Assembly: GCF_004010195.1 (NCBI RefSeq)
Contig: NC_057711.1
Span: 81,014,714-81,078,713, forward strand
Origin: Chiloscyllium plagiosum
Lineage: Eukaryota
DNA length: 64,000 nucleotides
Direction of reading: 5' to 3'
Both the position numbers and the translations under genes were made by a program. The notes under the pieces are model-generated. The model was not told the DNA's origin. It did no database searches and saw only the letters and a list, made by a program, of their open reading frames with translations. Below, one piece after another: positions 1-10,989 of the stretch; within the stretch, counting starts at the first letter, position 1, and each line of letters opens with the position of its first letter.

Positions 1-347
1 GGGTAGGGGCTAAATCAAAATAGAATTGGAGGGAGAAATGATGCACTCCACTCCTTGCGGCGCCCACCTCTCCCTGAACAACTCCAGGGTGTTGGTCGAC
101 ACCGCGTGCTCCTTCTCCAAGGACACCCGGGCTCTAACGTAACCGCGGAAGCGGGGCAGGCAGTCGGCCCTAACGACCCCCTCCACGGCCCGCTGCCTGG
201 ACCTGTTAATGGCCAGGCCCAGGAGCAGACCCACGAGGAGGTCTTCAGACCTGCCCTCCTTCCTCCGTACCGGGTGCCCAAAGATCAGGAGCGTGGGACT
301 GAAGTGCAGCCAAAAACAGAGAAGGTTTTTCAGGAAATCAAAGGAAT
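1..347 (-). mobile_element. 5'-truncated 3'-end fragment of a Tx1-group LINE (ORF2 C-terminus), same family as 485-7654; runs off the window start
   Basis: ORF 10..234(-) ends EKEHAVSTNTLELFRERWAPQGVECIISPSNSILI, nearly identical to the end of ORF 6883..7434(+). The DNA aligns by eye to about 7085-7443, with two short deletions and scattered substitutions. Confidence 0.93.
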
Positions 348-378
348 CTGAGTCTACTCAGTGGGGGCTGTAGCAATT

Positions 379-484
379 GTAATGGAGTTAGCCAGGTGGA
401 TCACATAGAATATGAGTTCTCTGATTGGAGATGTTAATCTGGTCTAATCAGGGAGGTTTGGCCAATAGAGATAAACAGCAGTGT
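379..484 (+). mobile_element. Probable 5' part of an LTR-retrotransposon solo LTR, cut off by the Tx1 element
   Basis: Starts TGTAAT. Has an imperfect inverted pair (ctgattgg / ctaatcag), a CCAAT and a TATA-like GATAAA. It resembles a shark LTR I recall; not verified. Confidence 0.4.
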
Positions 485-899
485 TTGAATAAAGATTTGT
501 GCACTTTGTGTCTTTCACTGTGTATCACACCTGCACACACACAAAAAAGAAAAAAAAGAACAGGTGTCACACAGCCTTGCCCTTTGATGGGAAGGGCAGT
601 GCTTGTCACTGGCCACTCGGGTGTTTTCCCTTTTGAGAGTTGGATCAGTGTGTGAGTGTGCACACGTGCAAGGACTCTCCTCCTTGAAGGAGACTGAGAG
701 GAAGGGGAGTGTCCCTGGACTAGCTGCCCCACATCAAGAGAGAGGAAGGAAAGAAAAAGAAGTGGAGGAGGCAGAAGCAGAAGGAGGTGAGAGCTTTTGA
801 GTCTGGGGCCTACTTTTGGAGCTGCAGCCTGGGCCTCACCCAGGTCAAGGGAGTGTTGCTGCTGACCTGGGGCCCACTCCCACTACTGGTCTCTGGGAC

Positions 900-1530
900 C
901 CCACCCAGACCTGCCTCAGCTGTTGCTGCTTAGGGCCTGCCTCACTGCTGCTGCCTGGAACTCGCCTTGGGGCCCCTCCCAGGACCTCCACCACTGCTGC
1001 TGTTATTAGAGGCCCACCTTCACTGCTGCTGCCTGGGACTCATTTTGGGGCTGCCTGGGACTTGCCTTGGGGACCCTCCCCAACAGGTCTTTCCCCCACC
1101 CCTGCGACCAAGGAACTGCCCAGGACTTGCCAGAGGCCTGCCTCCACCCCTGCTGTTGCCAGAGGCCTGCCTCCACCCCTGCTGTTGCCTGAGGCCTGCC
1201 TCCACCACCGCTGACTGGGACTCGCCTTGGGCCCCTCCCCACAACCTCCACCACTACTGCAGATATAGGCCTACTTCCACCACCGCTGCCTGGGACTCGC
1301 CTTGGGGCCCCTCCACCACTACTGCTGCGTGGGACTCACCTTGGGGACCCTCCCCAACCGGTCTGCCCCTCACCGCTGCGACCAAGGGCCTACCTGAAAC
1401 TCGCCCGAGGCCTGCCTCCACCGCTGCTGTTGCCTGAGGCCGGTCTCCACCGTCGCTGCCTGGGACTCGCCTTGGGCCCCTCCCCATAACCTCCACCACT
1501 GCTGCTGCCAGAGGCCCACCTCCTCTGCTG
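900..1530 (+). repeat. Modular imperfect tandem repeats in the Tx1 5' UTR
   Basis: Recurrent modules gctgcctgggactcgccttggggcccctcc, cctccaccactgctgctg and gaggcctgcctccacc, each present several times. Confidence 0.85.
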
Positions 1531-1539
1531 CTGCAGAAT

Positions 1540-3715
1540 ATGGCGAGCCCGAAGGTCGCGGGGCCCAGCCGCACCTACGCTGGGGTAGCCGCTGCCTTAG
1601 GCTCGGCTGTCACAACCCCGGCTGCAAACACGACCCCCTTCAGGCACCTGACTAAACGCCTGGGGGTAAAGGCCTATCCCCACCCCAACATGTTCATCGA
1701 GGCCTGCAGCAAGGCCATGGCTAGTGTGGTCAGCCCACTGGCCATCGTTGCTGCGGCCCGGATGTACAGGAAGGCCGTCTTTTTCCTTAAGACCGAGCAG
1801 GCGGTCCACCTGGCCATGGAGAGGGGGCTCACTGTGGGCGGGACACACTTGCCCGTCGACCCTTTGGAGGTTACGGCCCAGAGGGTCGTAATCTCCAATG
1901 TCCCGCCCTTCATTCCCAATGAGCTCCTTCTTCCCAACCGCTCCTGCTCGGTCTTAAGGACCCCGCCCTCCGACACATACTCCTTCCGACGCCAGGTGTT
2001 CATTTGCCTGGCCCGGGAAGAGGTCACCGAGGGCTCATTCACCCTCCTCCATGAGGGCACGGCCTACCGCGCCTTCTGGACAGCGGACGGCGTGTGGTGC
2101 CACCTTTGCCGGGAGGTGGGGCACATTAGAAAAAACTGCCCCACCCAAAAGGCTGCCCAGCCCACGCCAATGGCTGATGGTGGTGGTGCCGCCGCACCCA
2201 CTCCCCTTCTCCCAAAGTCAACACCACAGGCCCCGGCACCGGAGGCTAAGCCGGAGGCTTCCAATGCCCCAGCCTCTGGCAGGGAGGGAAGGTGAGCGTC
2301 CGGCCGGCCAGCCAGCCTGAAAGCGCTCAAGAAGACGCGACGAGTCAGGCCCGCCCATGTGGAGTCCACCCTATCCCCTTCCCCGACACCTAGCCCACGA
2401 CCAGCCCCACCCTGGCACGACAATGCCCCTGCGGCCATGTCAGCGTCGCCCCGGCGCGGGAACCCTGACCTCCAAACCCCCAAACGTGTACCTGATCCTG
2501 GCCCCACAGACCCCACATCCACCCCCCCAACCCCGATAGAGAAACCCCTGTGGCATCAACGCCTGCCCCTGGTGCTGCAACACCTAGCCCGGGGGCCCCT
2601 GAGCCCGAGCCCCGCCACACCCTAGCACTAACCTGGGGGAAACCACCACTGCCCCACCTCCTGCAGCAACCGTGTCTCTGGGCCCCGGAGAGGGAACTGG
2701 GCCCCTGTCCCACCCGCCGTCACCTGATAAACCAGGGGCAGGGCAGGAAGTGACATGGCTGACCCTACCTACCCTGGCCATCCCCCGTCTTCCCCCAGCC
2801 AATCGTATTCCGAGAGAGGCTGGGGGGAGGGACCATAAATTCCCCCTGTCTCTCTGGGGAAGAGGCACTGGCCTTTGGAGGGGAGAGACACTCCAGCAGC
2901 ACGCCAGTGGCGCTGCCCCTCTCCAGGGGACGAGCCAATGGTGCCTCTCGACTGTCCTGCACTGCGGCCCGACCTACCCAAACCCCCAGGGGCTACAGCA
3001 GGGCCTCCTGCTGCCTCAACTCCTCAGGCCCCTGGGAAGGACTTTAACAACCACGAGGGCTGTGGTGCGGGCGACGACAGAGGACCCTCTGCTGGGTCGT
3101 CGAGCGGTGGAGGGGAGAAAGGTGTTGTCCTCGCTCCTCCCTCCCAGACTGTTTTTCCAGGGGCCTTGGCCCTGGGGGAGGACCTTTTCCCCGAGGAGCC
3201 GGGCATCCCGGTGTTGGGAGAAGAGCGGGGCCCCGAGCCTCTGCCGCCCAACAACCTGAACCCGGGGTCCGCCGAGGAAGGTACCGCCGGTGACTCTGGG
3301 GGTGGGATCACCGCAGGTTTTGAGGCCAGTTGGCAGCGCCCATCCTCTTGGTGGGAGAGGGGTCGGTGACCGAGGGTGACCTCCCAGAGAGGGTTCGGGA
3401 TCGTTGGCAGACACCGGGGACGACGCGGACTCTGTCTGCAGTGACATTTTCAAATCCCAGGTGCCCCCCACCGATCTCCCCCTCATCCCCCTTGAGGAGC
3501 TCCAGGAATTTGTCGAGGAAATTGGGAGTCGCCGGGATAGAGCACAACTGGTGTTCGACCGCTGGAGCTCATTCGAGAGAGTTTACTGGTCGGCACACGC
3601 TGCTCGCCAGGCGCCTGGGCTCGGTGTGAATGAGCGAAAGCGAGTCAGGAACTTCCTGGGGGCACTCCTGGTGAGGGCGAGGGACTTCTGTGCCCCTCCC
3701 TCGTCATCCCTGTAA
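1540..3715 (+). pseudogene. Tx1 ORF1 (RNA-binding/gag-like protein), broken into pieces 1540-2295, 2359-2625, 2875-3369 and 3404-3715
   Basis: ATG at 1540. N-terminal RTYA motif, RRM-like region (KAVFFLKTE...RVVISNVPPFIPNE...SFRRQVF), CCHC knuckle CHLCREVGHIRKNC, long Pro/Ala/Gly-rich linker, stop at 3713-3715 just before ORF2. Confidence 0.85.
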
Positions 3716-3750
3716 ATGTATATATCGGCTTTTAACTGTACTGGTGGTGG

Positions 3751-6700
3751 TTGCACAATGCTTCTGACTTGGAGACAACTATAGCCAGCCTCAACATCAA
3801 CGGCAGCAGGGAGTCACAGCGCAGATTCCAGACCCTCTCGGTCCTTCGGGACGGGAGGTATGCGGTGTGCTTCCTGCAAGAAATCCACACTACCCCGAGA
3901 GACGAAGCCACCTGGCTCCTGGAGTGGCGAGCGGGGGTCTACATGAGTCACATCACCCGCAGATCTGGCGGGATGGCTATCCTGTTGGCCCCGCATTTTC
4001 AGTCGGAGATCTTGGGGGTCAGGGAGCCGTGCCAGGCCGTTTGCTTCACCTGACGGTTCGGCTGGGGGGCGCGGTGCTTCACTTGGTGAACGTCTATGCT
4101 CCCCTGGCCGGGCCGAGGCAAGCGAGCTTCTTTGACGAAGTGTCCGCTCATCTCATCTCCATCGACGAGAACCAGTGTGTCGTCCTCGGGAGATTTTAAC
4201 TGCGTGCTCGAGGGCAGGGACCAAGGCGGTGCCGACACTGACTGGGCGTCGGGGAGGAGTTTGGGGGACTTAGTCAAGTCCTTCGACCTGGTGGACGTCT
4301 GGCGGAATCTCCATCCCGACTCCATCGCCTTCACCTTCGTGAGGCCTGGGGTTGGAGCATCTAGAATCGACCGCCTGTACGTTTCGCGGGCATACGCCTC
4401 CTGTTTTCCGAAGGCCTCCACGCGGCAGGTGTCGTGCACTGACCATTACCTGGTGTGGGCGGAGCTCCTTCCGTTCGGCGCCCGGCTCAGCTCCACGTAC
4501 TGGCACTTTAACAACCTGCTGCTGGAGGACGAGCGGACCCAGGACTCGTTTCGTCGTTTCTGGGCCGGCTGGAGAAGGAAGTGGGGAAGCTTCCCCTCCC
4601 TGAGGCTATGGTGGGACGTGGGCAAGGCTCACGTCTGCGTCTTCTGTCAGGAGTACGCGAGGGGATCAACAAGGAGGCAGAAATCCAGGATCGGGGAGTT
4701 GGAGAGGGAGATGCTCGACCTGGAGTCACGCCTCGGTCAGCCCGATGTGGACCCGGCCCTGCGCGGGGCGTACGAAGAGAAGAAGGCCACGCTCCGGGAC
4801 CTGCAGCTCGTCGGGGCTCGGGGCGCGTACGTGAGGTTGCAGATCCAGCTCCTCCAGGACCTGGAACCCGGCTCCCCCTTCTTCTACTCGCTGGAAAAAA
4901 GGCATGGCACCTGTCAGCAGCTCCTTGTGCTGCTGGCCGACGACGGGCCCCTCGCCTCGGATCCGGAGGGCATCAGAGCCCACGTCCGAAACTATTACAT
5001 GGCTCTGTTCTCTCCGGATCCGTCCAGCGAGGATGCTCGCAGAGTTCTGTGGGAGAACCTGCCGCAGCTCAGCCCGGAGGACGCCGGAAGGCTCGACGCT
5101 CCAGTCACTTTAGAGGAGCTGACCGGCGCCCTCGACCGGCTCTCGAGGGGCAAAACCCCGGGGCTGGACGGGCTGACTGTGGAGTTCTTCAGGGCGTTCT
5201 GGGACGTCCTGGGGAGCGACTACGCACAGATCCTGGGGGAGTGTCTAAATGCCGGACAGCTGTCCCTTTCTTGGTGCAGGGCGGTCATCGTCCTGCTGCC
5301 AAAGAAGGGGGACCTTCGTTCTTTAAAAAAACTGGCGCCCAGTCTCCCTCCTCAGCACAGATTACAAAATCTTCGCCAGGGTGTTGTCTTCTCGCCTGGC
5401 CTCCGTGCTGGCCCACGTGATTCACCGGGACCAGTCCTACACGGTCCCGGGCCGGAGGATACATGACAATGTCCACCTGGTCCGGGACCTGATCCATTTC
5501 TGTCGACGGGCTGGTCTGCCGAGCGCCTTCCTGTCTCTCGACCAGGAGAAGGCGTTCGACAGGGTCGATCACGAGTACCTGCTCGGGACTCTGCGGGCAT
5601 TCGGGTTCGGGGCGCGGTTCGTCGCCCGGATCCGACTTTTGTACGCTGCCGCAGAGTGTCTGGTTAAAGTTAACGGGTCCCTGACGGCGCCCCTTCGCTT
5701 CGGGAGAGGTGTGCGTGGAGGCTGCCCCCTGTCCGGCCAGCTGTATTCCCTGTGCGTGGTGCCTTTCCTGCGCCTCTTGCGGAGGAGGTTGTCGGGGCTG
5801 GTTCTGCGCGGCGCGGGCACGGGGGTGGTCCTCTCGGCCTACGCCGACGACGTGCTCCTCACTTTCACCGACCCAGCTGACCTGGGGAGGATGTGCGAGT
5901 GCCAGGCCGTGTACTCGGCAGCGTCTTCCGCCAGGATCAACTGGGCCAAATGTTCCGGACTACTGTTCGGTCCGTGGTGGGTGGACTCTCTGCCGGAGGA
6001 GTTACAGGGGTTCAGCTGGAGTACCACCCCATCTCCTCTACCTGTGGGTCTACCTCAGCCCGGCTGAGGAATCCTGGCCGGCCAACCCCAGGAGCTGGAG
6101 GCCAAAGTCTCGGCTCGCCTAGGCTGCTGGACAGGACTGCTCCGAGTGCTATCTTACAGGAGTCGAGTGCTGGTCATAAACCAGCTGGTGGCCGCCATGC
6201 TGTGGTACCGGCTGGTCAGTTTGGTCCCTCCTCCTGGCTTTGTCGCTGACATCCAGAGAACGTTGGTCGACTTCTTCTGGGACAAAAAGATGCACTGGGT
6301 CGCTGCGCAGGTTCTGAGTCTCCCTATTGAGGAGGGCGGTCAGTCGCTGGTGTGCGTCTGCACCCAGGTCGCGACGTTCCGCCTTCAGACCTTGCGGCGA
6401 TACCTTTACGTCGAGCCTCCTCCTAGGTGGTGCACCCTGGCGACCGTATTTTTTCCGCCAGGTGCGTAACCTCAACTACGACACGCAGCTCCTGTTCGTC
6501 GACCGTGACGGTTTGGAGTTCGCCCTCAAGACGCTGCCTGTCTCTTACAAGGACCTGATCACTGTCTGGAACATGGTCGAATCGCGCCGCGCCTACCCTC
6601 CGGCGGGAGTAGCGGCTGTCGTCAGGGAGCCGTTGCTCAGGAATCGGCACCTCCGTACTCACGGGTTCGAGTGGGTGTCGGAGGGGAGGGCCGTGGCGGC

Positions 6701-7434
6701 GAGGGTGACCAGGATCGGGGACGTGCTGGGTGCCGGGGGTCTGGGCTGGACGCTACCGCAGGACATAGCGAGCAGGGCAGCGGTAGATGTCCGGTACGTG
6801 GCCACCGCCATCCGATGCCTTAAAACGGCGGTGCTCGGACCCGACATAGTGCACCAGTTGGAGGACGCTCAGGTGTGCCCATTTGCCACCGGGCGGTGGG
6901 GATCCCCAGTGGATGGCTCTCTACGCGGGAGTCCTCCCCTTTCTCTCGGGGATCTGGGCTAGAGGGTGCTGCACGCAGCAGTCCCCTGCAACTGCAGGTT
7001 GCGGTGGTTCACGGACTCCCAGCCCAACTGTTTGTTTTGTGGAGTCCGTGGACCATGTATATATTGGGTGTGGGCGTTTGCACTCCCTTTTTGATTTTCT
7101 TAAAAACCTCATCCTCTGCTTTTGGTTGCACTTCAGTCCCACGCTTCTGATCTTTGGGCACCCGGTACGGAGGAGGAAGGGCCGGTCTGAAGACCTCCTC
7201 GTGGGTCTGCTCCTGGGCCTGGCCAAACTGGCCATCAACAGGTCGAGGCAGCGGACCGTGGAGGGGGTCATTAGGGCCGACTGCCTGCCCCTCTTCCGCG
7301 GTTATGTTAGAGCCCGGGTGTCCTTGGAAAAGGAGCACGCAGTGTCCACCAACACCCTGGAGTTGTTCAGGGAGAGGTGGGCGTCGCAGGGAGTGGAGTG
7401 CATTATTTCCCCTTCCAACTCTATTTTGATTTAA
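3751..7434 (+). pseudogene. Tx1 ORF2: APE endonuclease, reverse transcriptase and C-terminal Cys/His domain, frameshifted
   Basis: APE motifs IASLNING, FLQEIH, VNVYAP, GDFN (4189-4200), SRIDR, TDH. RT motifs KTPGLDGL, WRPVSLL, LDQEKAFDRVDH, GVRGGCPLS, YADD (5840-5851). C-terminal CF..ESVDHVYIGC. Pieces are in different frames; the start codon is uncertain. Confidence 0.95.
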
Positions 7435-7608
7435 TCCCTGCCCTCCCCTTCACTGCTTGATCACACAGTATTGCCCTTTGATGTGAAGGGCACTGCTTGT
7501 CACTGGCCACTCGGGTGGTTACTCCCTGCCCTCCCCTTCACTGCTTGATCATACAGCATTGCCCTTTGATGTGAAGGGCAGTGCTTGTCACTGGCCACTC
7601 GGATGGTT
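7435..7608 (+). repeat. 88-bp tandem duplication in the Tx1 3' UTR, each unit with a hairpin
   Basis: tccctgccctccccttcactgcttgatc...ggtt starts at 7435 and again at 7523. The stem tgccctt/aagggca is in both units. Confidence 0.95.
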
Positions 7609-7683
7609 CCTTTCTTCCTGGTGATGGAAATTGAATAAAGATTCGTACACCTTGCAACGTGGAAAATCAGAGTGATTAAAATG

Positions 7684-7936
7684 GGGCAGAATTTTAAGTC
7701 CTGCTGTTGATAGGAATGGGATTGATTCTGCCAAAATGTTCTTTATTTCACACTAAACTCCCAATGGAAAAATGGGCTTATGCAATTTTTCCATGGTATA
7801 AAAGGATCAGATTGCAACCTTCAATATACATCCTCTTGCGTTGGGGTTGCTGTTGATAATCATAGGGGAAATTTAGATTTTCTTTTTCCCATTATCTGGG
7901 CAGACCGGTTTTTGAAAAGTTTCTGAAAATATGCCC
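7684..7936. mobile_element. Possible old Harbinger-type MITE
   Basis: Ends gggcagaatttt ... gaaaatatgccc form an imperfect 12-bp terminal inverted repeat. No clear TSD. Confidence 0.3.
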
Positions 7937-8169
7937 TCCTTGCGAATTCAGGAACCTAGCAGGAAGCCGACGGAGAAATCAGGAACATTCTGATTGGTAA
8001 GTGTTAAGTATTTTGACAAATTCAGATTTTGTTACCAGTTGTTGGTCTTTAATGTAGGTGCATTTTAGTTGCAGTAATTCATCATCAGGTTCTGTCTTAA
8101 AGTTAGATAACCATTACATTGACCAGTATTGTTAAAAGTTGAGATGCGTTAAATTATGGAGTGAATGAG

Positions 8170-8600
8170 ATATTTTCTATGAGGAGAGGTTGAATAGGTT
8201 GGGCCTGCATTCATTATAGTATGGAAGAGTGAGAGGAAACCTTATTGAAACATACAAGATTCTTAGAGGGTAGATACCGAAAGTTTGTTTCCCCTTATGG
8301 GAGAGTCTAGGACTAAAGTACAGAATCTCCGAATAAGGGGGCAACCATATAAGACATCAGAGGAATTTATTTTCTCAGAGGATAGTGAATTGCTGTAGAA
8401 AGCTGGGTCACTATATATATATATTTATATATGCAAGGCTGAGACAGAAAGATTTTTTAATTCGTAAGGGAATCCAGGATTATGGAGCAAAGGCAGGAAA
8501 GTAGATTTGAGGACTAAAGGACAGCCAGAATCTCATTGAATAGCAGAAGAAACACAATAGTCTAAGTGGCCTACTTCTGTCCCTACATCTAATGGTCTTG
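8170..8600 (+). mobile_element. CR1 LINE 3' fragment
   Basis: Decayed YEERLNRLGL...RGNLIETYKIL coding remnant followed by a CR1-type 3' UTR. Confidence 0.85.
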
Positions 8601-8749
8601 TAACTTTATAAATGCAAAAGAAAATGCAAACATAATGCCATAATGTTTCAAACCTCATGAAAAAATTCATTTGGGAAGGCTTTTGGATGTTTAATTTTTA
8701 GAGTCCTTTAAATTAGAAAAAATAAGATTGTCTGCAGATAATAAAAGGC

Positions 8750-10185
8750 AGGCGAAAGTGAGGACTGCAGGTGCTGGAGATTAGAGTCGAGGTAAGGCAG
8801 CATCCAAGGAGCAGGAGATTTGACATTTTGGGCAAAAGCCCTTTATAAAGAATGAGGCTGTGAGCCAAGGGGGTGGAGAGACAAATGAGAGGGGGTGGGG
8901 CTGGGGGGGTAAAGGTAGCGGACAGTCCGATAGGTGGATTGAGATGGAGATAATTGTAATAGGTCAGAGTGGAGGGAAAGAAGATGGATATGTCCTTAAC
9001 AAAGTGGGAGAGGGAGTTGAAGTGAAGTGTTCAGCCACGAGGCAGTGGGGTTAGTTGGTGTGGGTGTCCCGGAGATGTTCTCTGAAGTGTTCTCTGAGTA
9101 GGTGTAGTTTCCTCCAATGTAGAGGAGACCACATTGGGAGCAACAGAGACAGTAAATGACATGTGTGGAAGTGCAGGAGAAATGCTGATGGATGTGGATG
9201 GCTCCTTTGGGGCCTTGCACGGATGTGAGGGCGAGGTGTGGGTGCAGGTTTGCAATTCCTGTGGTGGCAGGGAAAGTTCCAGGAGGGGAGGCTGGGTTGT
9301 TAGGGCTCTTGGACCTGACGAAGAGGTTGGCGAGGGAATGGTCTTTACGGAAGGCAGGAGGGGTGGGGAGGGAAATATATCTCTGGTGGGGTCCTGTTTG
9401 CAGGTGGCAGAAATGGGGGAGGATGATGTGATGTATAGGAAGATTGGTGGGGTGGAAGGTGAGGTCCAGGGTGGTTCTGTCTTTGTTGCAGTTGGAGGGA
9501 TGGGGTTTGAGGGCCGAGGTGCAGAAAGTGGATGAGATGCGCTGGAGGGCATCATCAACCACGTGGGAGGGGAAATTGCAGTCTTTAAAGAAGGAGGCCA
9601 TCTGGTGTGTTCTGTGGTGGAAGTGGTCTTCCTGGGACCAGATGTGGAGGAATTGGGAATAAGGGATAGCATTTTTACGGGAGGCAGGGTAGGAGGAGGT
9701 GTAGTCCAGGTAGCTGTGGGAGTCTGTGGGTTTGTAGGAGATGTCAGTGTTGAGTCAGTCACCGTTGATGGACATGGAGAGGTCTAGGAAGGGGAGGGAG
9801 GTGTCAGAGATGTTCCAGGTCAATTTAAGGTTGGGGTGGAATGTGTTGGTGAAGTTGATGAACTGTTCAACCTCCTCGTGGGAGCACAAGGAGCCACCAA
9901 TGCAGTTATCAATGTAGAGGAGGGAAAGAAAAATAATGCTGGTGTAACTGTGGAAGATGGACTGTTCCATGTAGCCGACAAAAAGATATGCATAGCTGGG
10001 GCCCAAGCAGGTGCCCATGGCTACCCCTATTATCTGGAGGAAATGGGAGGATTCAAAGGAGAAATTATTGAGTGTGAGGACCAATTCACCCAAACAAATG
10101 AGACAGTGTCAGTGGAAGGGTACTGATGGGGTTGTCAGGAGAGGAAGAAATGGAGGAACCCCTGGTCATGGTGGATAAAGGTGTA
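8750..10185 (-). mobile_element. Penelope-like element, 5'-truncated (RT, GIY-YIG endonuclease and terminal repeat)
   Basis: RT piece ELVLTLNNFSF..HFLQIIGVAMGTCLGPSYA.LFVGYME...YIDNCIG (9755..10093). Endonuclease piece FSCTSTHVIYCLCCSQCGLLYIG (8996..9601). The terminus matches the short PLE ends elsewhere in the window. Confidence 0.93.
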
Positions 10186-10989
10186 CTTGCTGCATTCTTT
10201 TGACTGAAAGGGCACCTACGTTGAAATGGAATAAAAAATCTTAGATTTTCTCAGATCAATAGAACAATTTTGCCCGCCAGTCATTGAAATCGTTGAGACA
10301 ACCCATCAGTTCCATAATGGAGGCCTGATGGAATGTTTGGGCACTTAGGTGAACATTATGGAGCCTTCACTGTGTTTGAGGTCCCTAGTGGTGCATGTCC
10401 TGTCCACCAAGTGTGAATTACCAATCAGAAGATGGCAGGAACTCATGTTGCCATTACCAGTACTAGCAAGCGTGGTGGCAGCTGTTGGCAATGCCCTCAC
10501 AGAAGGCCTGAGATCATTGCGGGACACAACAACACAAATTACTTATGGAAGGATAGGGATCATGGGTTGGCGCTCTGGGAGATGGAGCCAGGGGAGGTCA
10601 GATGCAAGTTCAGGGCTCAGTGCTTTTCATTGGCCATTCCACTGCACTTTGCCATGTCCTTTGGTCAGGCACAGAGTACCTAATAACAAGGAACTATTCC
10701 AGGAGCTGCTTGACAGAGTTTTCTGGGTGGCTTTCTGAGGGAGTAGGAATTCCTTGTGATTTTCATTTAATTACTGAGCTGTGTCCAAGTTGTCATAGTT
10801 TCAGAGATAATGGATGTCAATTGGCGCATTAGTCTAATTAGTACCTTGCTACCAGTGGCTGGGAATTTCACATCAAACCATTTGTTTCACTGACTTAATT
10901 GAAGACGCTTTGCTATGACCTGGAGTTCTATGTGAGGCCTCTCCATAATTAATTTTTTGGCACCAACCATCTCCTCTTTGCCATAGTCA

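Larger units (their letters stand above)
485..7654 (+). mobile_element. Near full-length Tx1-group (L1 clade) non-LTR retrotransposon, inactivated by frameshifts and deletions
   Basis: Repeat-rich 5' UTR, ORF1 with zinc knuckle, ORF2 with APE and RT, and a 3' UTR with AATAAA at 7634-7639. Strongly GC/CpG-rich against an AT-rich background. Confidence 0.95.

Noticed and set aside
560..700. HDV-like ribozyme at the Tx1 5' end
   Set aside because: Partial P2/P3-like pairings exist, but I could not place P1, P1.1 or the catalytic C in J4/2.
900..1530. CRISPR-like repeat-spacer array
   Set aside because: Repeats are degenerate and contiguous with no unique spacers, the context is eukaryotic, and there are no cas genes.
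7940..8002. Exon ending at TG/GTAAGT
   Set aside because: Isolated donor-like site next to a MITE-like remnant, with no supported acceptor or reading frame.
10200..10900. 129-aa ORF 10349..10738 as a gene, or a Harbinger remnant
   Set aside because: No motif I can support. Similarity to Harbinger is too faint to call.
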